Of a DNA stretch of 64,000 nt, positions 36,301 through 48,300 are shown piece by piece. Both the position numbers and the translations under genes were made by a program. Each line of letters opens with the position of its first letter. Positions within the stretch are counted from its first letter, which is position 1. The notes under the pieces are model-generated. The model was not told the origin of the DNA. It searched no databases and worked only from the letters and a program-made list of their open reading frames with translations. The stretch is from Eledone cirrhosa. Its lineage: Eukaryota. The DNA lies in contig OZ024744.1 of the NCBI GenBank assembly GCA_964016885.1, positions 58,900,001 to 58,964,000 of the forward strand, read 5' to 3'.

Positions 36301-39300
36301 AAACAATTCTATTTTTCAGGTTATCTTAAACCACATCCCAAATTGGGAGCTACTTTAAAAAATATAGGTATGTTCTTGTCATTCTATTTTTCATCATCAT
36401 CATCATTATTAAGCATCCATTTTCCCTACTGGCAAGTGTTGAATGTGTCATTGCTGACTGGTCAGTACTCAAGTGGAGCCTCCTACCTCCAGGTAGGATG
36501 GTGGTTCAACATATGATCCGACACTCTACCAAGTGGCACATTTTATCATGGTACCAACACTGGGGAAGCTGTCATGTCCTTGACACAGCAACCACTTTAC
36601 AGAATTGTACTAAGTATCATGTAGAACACCAACACTAGGGAAGTTGTTGTGTCCTTGACACTTTACAGATGTGTACTAAGTGCGTTTATCATGTAGATCA
36701 CCTACACTAGGGAAGCTGTCATACCTATGGCAAACTTGAAGAGTCCACAAAAGTTACTAGCTTTGTGCGTAAATTAGATGCAGTATCGGTAGAGGGTTGG
36801 ACGCCATGCTTTCCAGCATAGTTATGTCCCTTTACGGTCTGAGTTCAAATTCTGTCGAGGTTAACTTTGCCTTTCATCCTTACAGGCTCGATAAAATAAA
36901 GTAGCAGTAATGTACTGGGTAATAGCTGGCCTTGTGCCAAAAGTAGAAACAATTATTATTAACCTTAATGGCTAATAATAATGGGCAGTGGATTAACAAT
37001 ATTGGTAGAGGGTCGGACACTATGCTTTGCAACATAGAGTTACGGCCTTTTACGGTCCAAGTTCAAATCCCGCTGCTGTTAACTTTGCCTTTCATCCTTA
37101 CGGGGTCAATAAAGTACCAGTAATGCACTGAGGTAATTGCTGGCCTTGTGCCAAAAGTAGAAACAATTATTATTAACCTTAACATTGTTATTCTCTCTTT
37201 CATGACAGGCGCTGGTTTAGCAGGTTATATTCTTGGAAAACTTTCTTATCAAAATGAATGTAGAAAAAAAATTCTAGCTCTGCCAGACAGCAAGCTTGCT
37301 GAAACTCTTCGGCAGCGTTTCTCAGGAGGCAGGTAATTTTCTCTTTCTCTTTAAGTAATTTGTCTTGATGTTTTTACTTGAGTGGCACTTTAGGCAAGTG
37401 TCTTCTATTATAGGCTCAGGTTGACCAATGCCGTGTAAGTGAAATTTAGTAGGCAGAAATTGTACAAGAGCCTGTCATTTACAACCCTTCTTTCTTCTGA
37501 TGAAGGACTAGCGTCCGAAACGTTAAGACCCTCTTCCTGCTATATCAAGCATTAACCTAATATACTCCTTCCATATACTGGACCAATTGTGTTGTTATTT
37601 CTGTTTACCTTTTACATACATCATCATCATCATCATCATCATTTTACGTCCGCTTTTCCCTGCTTGCAAGGGTGGGACGGGTCTTATTCAGCACAGCATC
37701 TCTCCACTCGTCATGGTCCCTCGTCATCTCCACCGTGAGCTTCAATGATCTGAGGTCTGTTCTCACCACCTCCGCCCATGTTTTTCGTGGTCTACCTCTA
37801 CCACGTCTTCCTTCAACTGGCATTTCCTGGCACTTCTTCACCCATCGGTCATCCTCCATGCGCATCACATGTCCATACCACCTCAGTCTCCTCTCCCGTA
37901 CACTACATTCTATCCCTCTCAGACACAGTTTCTCTCTCAACACATTTATGCTGGGTCGTTCACGCACATTTACACTGCACATCCAACGGAGCATGCTTGC
38001 CTCATTTCTCTCCAGCCGTCGCATATCTTCTGCGGTAGCTGCCCATGTCTCACTACCATGCAGCATCGCGCTCCTCACACAGGCATCATACAACCGGCCT
38101 TTCGTACGCAGGGAGAAACCCTTCTTCGTCAACAGAGGAAGCAGCTCCCTAAACTTCTTCCAACCCGTCCTTATTCTAGATACTATGGCCTCGGAACACC
38201 CTCCTCCCATGCTAATCTGATCTCCTAGGTACCGGAAGCTATCCACCACTTATATATATATATAAAGGGTTAAGAGGTCTCTTCAGTGACCTTATAGAAC
38301 CACTCAGTGTGCTCTGTAAAGTTGATAATAATAGGAAAGGCATCCAGCCATAGAAAAACTTGCCAAACAAAAGGTAGAGGGGACTTTTCAGTTGTGGTAA
38401 AGACATGACAAGTTCCCTAGTGCTGGTGACTCAATAAAATGCACAGCGCACTCTGTAAAGTGCAAAATCAGTGACTCTAAGTACTGACTTGTTCTATGAC
38501 AAGCCATCCAATCCTTACTACCAGGACAAATGGATGTTAAATGATAATGATGATGATAATAGATATATATCATCATCTTCATCGTTTAACGTCTATCTTC
38601 CACGCTAGCATGGGTTTAGACGGGAATTGTCCTACTTGAGGCAAGATTGGTCAGGTGACCATGTCTTGCTTGTATAGGACTGCCTGGCATGTTTTCTACG
38701 GCTGGATGCCCTTCCTAACACCAACCATGTTTACAGTGGGGACTGGGAGGTTTTTACCATGCTACCTAAATGGCCACATTACAGCGTGGACTGTGTATTT
38801 TTTTGTCGTGACACCTACACGACCTCATTCATTTTGGACTGGATGTTGTGGTACTAACATAACTTTACAGATAAAGGGTGGTGTTGGTGGGAGTGGAGGG
38901 AGAGTAGTGGGATGGGGTATATATTTGGTTAAGAGGTGCCTACTGACTAGGTTTCACTTTGTACATAGGCAAGGTGGGTCTTCTGTATTAGCGCCAAAGA
39001 TCTCGGTCCAGTGACATTGTCTTAGAGAGGTGTAAGTGTGTAAGGTCGGAATTTATCAAATTGTCCCAGGTTTTTCTTGGTCTACCTACTCCATAACTTC
39101 CATCAATTTTGATCGTCCTGCACTTTTTTATACAACTGTTGTCTTTCATACACATCACGTGACCATACCAATGTAGTCTTCTCTCGAGTAAACAGCAACT
39201 GATCCCTCTTATTCCTAATTTCTCACTTAGTTCATTTATGCTTTGCCGTTCACATATATTACTATTACACATCCAACGGAGCATGCAAGCTTCGTTCCTC

Positions 39301-42300
39301 TCCAGTCTGCGTAGATCCTCTGCACACAATGCCTATGTCTCACTGCCATGTAACATTGCTGTTCATATATAGGCATCATACAATCTGCCTTTCATTTTTA
39401 GAGAGAAACCTTTAGCGGCCAATAGTGGTATAAGCTCTCTGAACTTCTTCCATCCCGTTCTGACTCTGGCTACTGTACTTTCAGAGCATCCTCCACCACT
39501 GCTGATTTTGTCACCCAGGTAACGGAAGGTGTCCACTATTTCATCTGGGCAATAGAAGGAGCTAGTATCCTGTGGGCACTAGCTACTTATTGCACTTGAA
39601 CATCGGCCAAATATAAAATCTACATTCTTAGATAGCTTACCTATGATCCTACTACATCTTTTATGTACCCATTGTTTGCATTTGGGACATAAAATGGAAT
39701 TTCTGCCTACTCCTTTCCTACACACTGGCCATTTCCCAGAGGGTATCTGTGCCCTATTTTCCTTTCTACATACTAGAACTTTAGTCTTCGACGAGTTAAC
39801 TTTAAGGCCTTTTGATTCTAGGCCATGCTTCCATGTTTGGAATTTCTTGTCTAGCTCAGCCATCGATTCAGCTATGAGAATTAGATCATCTGCATATAGA
39901 AGTTCCCATGGGCAGCAAATCTTGAACTCCTCTGTTATAGCCTGAAGGGCAATAATAAATAGGAGGGGACTAAGGACAGAGCCTTGATGAACACCAACTT
40001 TTACGCTAAATTGTTCAATATATTCGTTGTTAATTCTAACCTTGCTGACTGTTTCTTAATACATAGCTTGTATAGCTCTCACAAGCCATTCATCTACACC
40101 TAGTTTTCTAAGAGCCCACAAGATAATGGAGCGGGGGACTCTGTCAAAGGCTTTCTCCAAGTCAACAAAAGCTAAGTATAGACGTTTACTTTTAGCTAGG
40201 TACTTCTCCTGTAGTTGTTGTACAAGGAAAAGAGCGTCTGTGGTACTTTTACCTAACACAAACCCAAACTGCATTTCATCTAGATCAATTCGCTCTCTGA
40301 TTAGTTGCACTATAACCCTTTCTGTGACCTTCATGACCTGGTCAACCAATTTAATGCCTTTATAGTTTCCCCTATCTAGGGCATCTCCTTTACTTTACCC
40401 TTGTAGCAGTTAATGATGATGCTGCTACGCCAGTCATTTGGTATGAACCCATTCTGTATGACTTGGTTTACTATCCGGGTGACCATAGTGTGTCCCACCA
40501 TTCCAGATGCTTTCAGCATTTCAGCAGCTATCTCCGAAGGCCCAGCTGCCTTGCTGTCTTCATATCTTTGATTGCCTTACTTATTATACTATCTTTAACT
40601 TGCACTGCTGGTCCCTCTATTGGATCGATTTGGGGCAGACTATCTTTTTCCCATTTATTCTCCTCATTTAGTAGTTTCTCGTAGTGATGCTTCCAAGCTA
40701 CCTTCTTATCAGCATCAGTGATGGCAAGTACACCATCATCATTACGGACATACTTCTCCCAGACAATATCACGGTTTTCCTTGACACATTGTCTTGCAAT
40801 CCTGAACACCTCACGTTTTTTGTCCTCGTGTTGTAGAACATGTTTGAACTTTCTTTCCTCTGCTTCCCTTCTTGCAAAGTACATTTGTCTCCTAGCTTCT
40901 CTCCTGGCCACTTGATAGTGTTCTCTACTTCCCCCATCCTGCCATACTTTCCAAGCCTGCTTTTTGGCCTTGATTGACTCCTCCATCTTACTGTTCCACC
41001 ACCAAGTTACTCTCCTCCTGCCTATAGGTCTGCTCCAGCCACAGATTTCAGCATGTTAACTTTCAGGAATTCCCACTGTTCCTCTATATTGTACATCTCT
41101 AATTGCTCTTCCTTACTGTCAAAAACATCAAGTAATATGCTTTTAAATTTGTTACTGGCTGTGGGGTCCTTTAACTTCCATATTCTTCACCTCAGGGTAG
41201 TCCTCTGTTGTCGAGTACGTCTAGTCCTGACTATGAGGCTATGTTGGGAGGTGCATTCTTCACGGGGGAGGGATTTAGTGTTTACGACAGACACTCTATT
41301 ACGTCTTCTGGTAAGGATATAAACTATCTGACTGGCATGTTCCCCTGATCTATAGGTGATCAAGTGATTGTCTCATTTTTTGAAGTTTGTGTTACAGATA
41401 GATAGGTTATTAGTGTCACAGAATTCCAGGATTCTGAAGCCTTCCTCATTTCTAGTACCAAACCCATAGCCTCCATGGATTCCGTCATAGCCGTCACAAT
41501 GTTGTCCAACATGACCATTTAGGTCGCCAACAATAATTATGTAGTCACTGTCGGTTATTTGGGAGGTAGTGAGCATTAGGGACTCATAGAATCTGTCTTT
41601 TATAACGCCAGGCAGTCCAGATTGGGGTGCATAAGCGGAAATTATTGTTACAGTAGTTCTGTTTAGGACTAGTCTTATTTTAATTATTCTGTCGTTCACT
41701 CTATTTACGTCTATTATCTTATCTACCCATTTTTCTGCTAACATGATTCCTACCCCACCCAGAAAAGTTTATAGCATCGTTTTTTACCCACAATGAATCT
41801 GGCAGACCCACCCCTCCACCTGGTCTCTTGAACACAACAAACATCAACTTCCTTACGTTCAAGCATCTCTACAACCTCATTTGAGTGACCTTTTAAGGTG
41901 ACTACATTCATGGTACCAACTCTGAAGATTTGGATTTCGTTGGGTGGGTGGAAGGGAAGGGTTGGAGGCACAGGGAGGGGTGAGGGAGATGGGGTTATGT
42001 TAGCCATCCATGTCTGAAATAAAGAGGAGTCCTTGCATTGTCGTCCAGCAAAAGGAGGTGTATTTATCTTTATCTTTGAGATTGTCATTGAGTGTTCACA
42101 TTGTTCAGACTCTCCAAATTCTGTAGTCCATCTAGCATATCGGGAAGCAACCTGGTCTAAACTTAAGGAGTAATAGCCGCGGCGGTGGTTTTGTGAAAAA
42201 GATTGGTAAGAGAAACATATTACAAGCTGCTGAATTATGATTGGACGAAATAGTAATGGTGGCGTGTGTGTGGGGGGATGGCAAAGTTAACGAGCAGATT

Positions 42301-45300
42301 ATTTTTCTAAAGGTCCTACAGATTCGACCATAATTATGAGAAGTTAAACGAGAAGTTTAATATAAATACTGATAGGTAAATGGACCAAGAAAATTGGAGA
42401 GATGAGAAAATGAGGGGAAAATATATTACATTTCTCAAAACGACAATTCAGCAACAGTAAGGATTTGACAAATTCTGCAGCATCGTACACCTCACACAGG
42501 CATCATATAACCGGCCTTTCATAAGCAGGGAGAAACCCTTCTTCATCAGCAGAGGAAGCAGCTCCTTAAACTTCTTCCAACCCGTCCTTATTCTAGATAC
42601 TATGGCCTCGGAACCCCCCCCCCCCCTCCTCCCCTCCCATGCTAATCTGATCTCTTAGGTACCGGAAGCTATCAACCACTTCTATAGCACCTACCTGCAT
42701 TTGAAAAATGTGTCTATCAATGCGATTTCTACTGTCTAATTTCCCTGTACATTTACTGCATACGTATTTCTCCCTACCTGTTAGTTTACCTGCTATCCCA
42801 CTACATCTCTTGTGTACCCAGGATCTGCATTGTGTGCATTTTATAGAATTAATCCCAGTTCCTTTTCTGCATATCGAACATGGCCATTTCCCTGACGGAA
42901 TCAGTTTTGTCCTCTTTTCTACTCATCAACATTTTTGTCTTAGCTAGGTTCACTCTCAGTCCTCTAGATTCCAACTACTGTTTCCATAGCCAGAATTTAT
43001 TCTCTAGCTCCTCTACTGATTCTGCTATAAGAACCAGATCGTCAGCATAAAGAAGTTGCCATGGACAGCCAGTCTTAAACTCCTCTGTTATGGCTTGGCG
43101 GACTATAAAGAACAAGAGCGGGCTGAGGACCGAACCCTGATGTACTCCTACTTGTATCTGGAATTCCTCACTAAACTCCATTCCTACCCTGACTTTACTG
43201 ACAGCACCTCTGTACAAAGTTTGCACTGTCTTCACAAGCCAGTCCTCAACACCTAGCTTCCTTAGGGACCACCAGATGACAGATCGGGGTACCCTATCAA
43301 AGGCCTTCTCTAGGTCAACAAAAGCTAAGTATAGTGGCTTATTCTTCTCTAAGAACCTCTCTTGTAATTGTTTCACCAAGAAGAGGGCATCTGTTGTACT
43401 CTTCCCAGGCACAAAACCAAACTGCATCTCATCTAATTTGACCCTTTCTCTAATTAGTTGGTCTAATATCCTTTCTGCCACTTTCATAACCTAATCCATC
43501 AGTTTTATACCCCTATAATTGCTCCTCTCCAGAGCATCCCCTTTACCTTTGTAGCAATTTATGAGAATACTGCTGCACCAGTCTTTGGGTATGACACTGC
43601 CATATATAGCCTGATTGATGATGCGTGCAACCAGTTTAGTGCCTACGTCCCCTGATGCCTTCAACATCTCAGCAACTATCCCCGACAGTCCAGCGGCCTT
43701 ACCATTGTTCATTTCTTTAATCGCCTCTTGGACCTTATATTCGTCAACCTCAATAGCTGGTCCCTCTGTCGGATCTACTGAGTGTAATTTCGCTCTCTCC
43801 CATTCGTTCTCCACATTCATCAGTCTCTCATAATGACATTTCCAGGCCTCCTTTTTCTGATCATGTACTAAGTACACTGGCATCATTCCGGACACTTTCA
43901 GTCTAAAAATCCAAATTGTTTAGAAAAATGTCATACAGATGGAAAATGTTATTTGTTTTCTTTGTAGCAAACTCACTCAGTTCTTTGTTGCCGAAAGCCT
44001 TCCTTTTCCTTCGAACTAATTCTTCTGACAAGTACCACATGTTATGTCTCTTTCACAGTTCCACATGTGATATTTCTGCCACATCTGTTGGTCAGGATAC
44101 ATTGGTAGTAGCTTCATCAAAGCAAGATCATTCTTTGAAACCCATCTGGGAACTATTGTTTCATTCCAGAATTTTATGCACACGAAAGTCACAAAGTAAA
44201 TGACTTTTTATAGATCACTTGACTCACGTGGTGTAAGAACTGTCCTGATCACAAATATGGCCTTAGCCATCCAACGATGGTAAGCTGGTGGTAAGCTCCT
44301 AGGACTGAGAAGTAGTACTGGGAAGATGGCCAACCACCAAAATAATCTTCTCAGGTATGATCTCCAGAAAGTAGTATAGTCAGTACATATTCAACCATGT
44401 CCTCCCTGTTTTCCTTATAAAAATCTTCCATGGGCTCATCATTGTTCAAGATAGTTAGCTAATGAGACTTATCTATGGATACATTCCTAGAACTTTTTGA
44501 ACAGTAGGTGACTGAGGCCATGATGGGTAAAAGATCTCAAAGACTTTCTTCAAAACCAGTTCAAAAATGTGATGGTGGCAAGTCAACCACAAGATGGATT
44601 TTTTCAGAGCTGCTTCAATTTTCATATTGGCTCCTTGGTGCATGCTGATGTTACAAGAACATACTAATTATTCTATCCCCAATTTCAAGCCATTGAATTT
44701 CCTTCACAACAACTTCAGTGATTTGTCATCTGGTTCTATCTCTTGCAATTAGAACACTTAAGAGCTCCTCCTTTCCTTTTCCTGTAACAAAAACTGCAAT
44801 CTGATCTTAGAGTGTGCTAGATCGGGAAACTGATAGTAATGGTTCTCCATCCCAGTGGAGGACTAGCCAGGATCTGTCTAAATGTGGGAAAGTGGATAAT
44901 ACAGTTACAATTCAAAATAGATTTCCACTTCTCAACTGGTCTATTTATAAATAGAGGACAGCTGTATCTATAACTACACAGGGTTATGTAACAATGTAAA
45001 ATAAGTCTGTACATAAAATAAATGCAGTACATATTTTACATATATATATATGAAATTCATGGAAGCTATGGAGTAGGAAGACCTGGGGTGAGGTGATAAA
45101 AGTTGATCTTTCACAAATGCACCTCTCAAAGTCAGGATCGAGATCTTTGGCGTTATGCATTATGCATAGACTCAAACATGCACCCAGTAGGCACTACTTA
45201 ATCCACTATACCCCCTGCCATACACTCCTACACCACCCTCCCACTTCTGTCCACGCCACCCTTGCACTGTAAAGTTATGTTGGTATCACAAAAACATCCA

Positions 45301-48300
45301 GCCCACATTGTAAAGTGGTCGTGTAGGTGTCACGACAAAAAATATGCAGCACACACTGTAAATGTGGTTGGTGTTAGGAAGGGCATCCAGCTGTAGAAAT
45401 CAAGCCAGAAACAGTCCTATATGAGCAAGACATGATCACTTGACCCAACTTGCCTATAATGGGACAACCCATTCTAACATGGAAAATGGACATTAAACGA
45501 TGATGATGATGATGATATCATCATCATCATCATCATCATCATCACCGTTTTACGTCTGTTCTTCCATGCTAGCATGGGTTAGACGGGTTGTCCTGTTGTG
45601 AGCAGTATCCGGTCGGCTGACCTTGACTTGCTCGTATGGGAACTGATCCTGGCTTGATTTCTACAGCTGGATGCCCTTCCTAACACTAACCTCATTTACA
45701 GTGAGTGCTGGGTGCTTTTTTCCGTGGTGCCTACACGTCCACTTTGCAGTGGGACGGGTGTGGGGGCATATTGTCTATATGCTTCAGCTTCAGCTTGTGC
45801 CCGTGCGGGGGTCGGGTATTCTGTATTACAGCGTGACGCCAGAGGTCACGGTCGTGTGTCATCGCCTTTGAGAGGTGTAATTGGGTAAGGTCGGCTTTTA
45901 TCACCTCATCCCAGTCTTCTTGGGTCTCCCTACTCCGCGGTTTCCATCGACTTCTAGTACTCTGCGCCTTTTTATGCAGCTGTCATCCTTTATATGCATC
46001 ACATGCCCATACCAATGTAACCGCCTCTCCTTCACACAGCATTTGATTCCTCTTATGCTCAGTCTCTCTCTCAAATCATTTATGCTTTGCCGTTCGCGTA
46101 TATTACTATTACACATCCATCGGAGCATGCAGGCTTCATTTCTTTCTAATCTACGCAAGTCTTCTACACACAACGCCCAGGTCTCATTACCATGTAACAT
46201 TGCTGTTCGTATACACCCATCATACAGTCTGCCTTTCATTTTGAGGGAAAAGCCTTTTGCAGCTAGCAGTGGCAGTAGCTCCCTGAACTTCTTCCATCCC
46301 GTTCTTACCCTAGTTATTGTACTTTCTGAACACCCACCTCCGCTGCTAATTCGGTCACCTAGGTAGCAGAAGCTGTCTACTGTTTCTACAGAGCCCTCCC
46401 AGAGATTGGTGGTACTTGTTTCCTGTGACTGTTTGCTGCTTGCTGTCCCAGCACAGCTGCTGCATGTGAAGCCTACATTCTTAATTAAGCTTCCTGAGAT
46501 CCCGCTACATCTCTTGTGTACCCATTGTTTGCATTTGGGGCAGAGAATGGAGTTCCTACCTACACCTTTCCTACATACTGAGCAAAGCCCTGAGGGGATC
46601 TGGGTTCTGTTTTCTAGTCTACTTACAAGGACCTTAGTCTTTGTCAGGTTGACTTTGAGACCCTTTCTTTCTAGTCCCTGCTTCCAAGTTTGGAATTTCT
46701 TGTCTAGTTCTACCATAGATTCAGCTATAAGTGCGAGGTCATCAGCATACAGGAGTTCCCATGGGCATCCGGTCTTAAACTCCTCTGTTTATTGCCTGCA
46801 GGACTATGATGTCCCACTTGAGGCAGGATTGGTCGGATGACTGTGTCTCACTCGTATATATATAATCCTGCCTCAAGTGGAACAATCCAATCTAACCCAT
46901 GCTAGCGTTGAAGATGGGCGTTAAACGATGATAATGATATATATATATAAGGAAATGAGGTTTTTTAAAAAAAGAGATGTCCCACACGGGTGAAAAAATA
47001 AGGTAAGAAATTGAAAATGCAACTGGAGTCTTTTAAGAATATTTATTTATTTACTTTACCGGTTTCACAGTTCTTATGATTTTCATAAGTATAATTAAGA
47101 TGGAGGGTTTGTGTTTTTGAGGTTTGTTTCAACAATATATATTGATATATTTGGGGATGGTCATGTTGCCTATATTGCCAATAGAAAGAAACACATGCAC
47201 CATATATTTTTCACTTTATCTTTATTGTTCATTATTCATTTGTTTATCAAAGTTATTTCTCAAGTTCCTCACCTTGTCGCTCTCAGATTTGCACTTTAAC
47301 CACCCTGACCACATTATTGGCATAGTTTGCAACATGGACATAATCATCTTGTCTCTCGTGTTTCTTGAGTCCTGCACTTCATATACTCCCCGGAACTGGT
47401 TGTTCTTGAATTACACTACTGCTTTGATATTGGATGGCTAGAAAGATGTCGGCTCCTTTTTAGTGCCACCAATTACTTCCTTTGTGACATCTAGGACACC
47501 TATGTGGAGCTGCTGTCACTGTCTTTCCACTGTCTCAGCCATCATTAGTGTTATCTGTAAATATGTCATTGCGACCTATATTATTCTATGTACATTTATT
47601 TAAGTATTTTTTTTAAAATAGCGCTGGTTAATAATATTTTTAATTTCAATAATTAACATTTTTTATGTTTTTGTCTTATTAGTTGTTTTTTAACTCCAGC
47701 TTAGTCTTGATCTAGAAGAACTATTAGAAAAAAAAATTATTTCACAGCCATTTGGTTCCCATTATGTGACATGTTCTGTTATAACGTTGGGTTGACCAAT
47801 GCTTCACAAGTTGAATTTGGTAGACAGAAGTGGAAACCTTTCATATATATTATTTATGTGTGTGTATAAGCATATCTTTTTAACAATTCGTATCATGTTT
47901 TTAAAAGATATCAACATAGGCTAAAAGAACCCCCTCCTCAAAAATATATATACATATGTGTAAGCAGTGTTTTTTAATGAAAATGCCCTTTGTGGTATTT
48001 GTTTCACACTAAGTTTCACAGATATTTCCTTGACATTTTTACCATCAAAAACACAGTGAATCAATTATTAACCCACTGAAAATCTGCCAACAGCGCTATT
48101 TTTATACCCTGGTTATTAATTTTTAAATAATTAAGACATTTCAGCCATACTTCTTCCCATCTTGTTTTTTTTTCAGACAGAGTGTATCTAGGACGATCTG
48201 AGTTCAAATCCCGCCGAGGTTGACTTTACCTTTCATCCTTACGGGGTCGATAAAATAAAGTACCACTAATGCACTGGATAATTGCTGGCCTTGTGCCTAT

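Noticed and set aside
42120-42200. HDV-like or twister ribozyme at the RTE 5' end
   Set aside because: Such ribozymes are known in some RTEs, but I could not build the required pseudoknot pairings by eye
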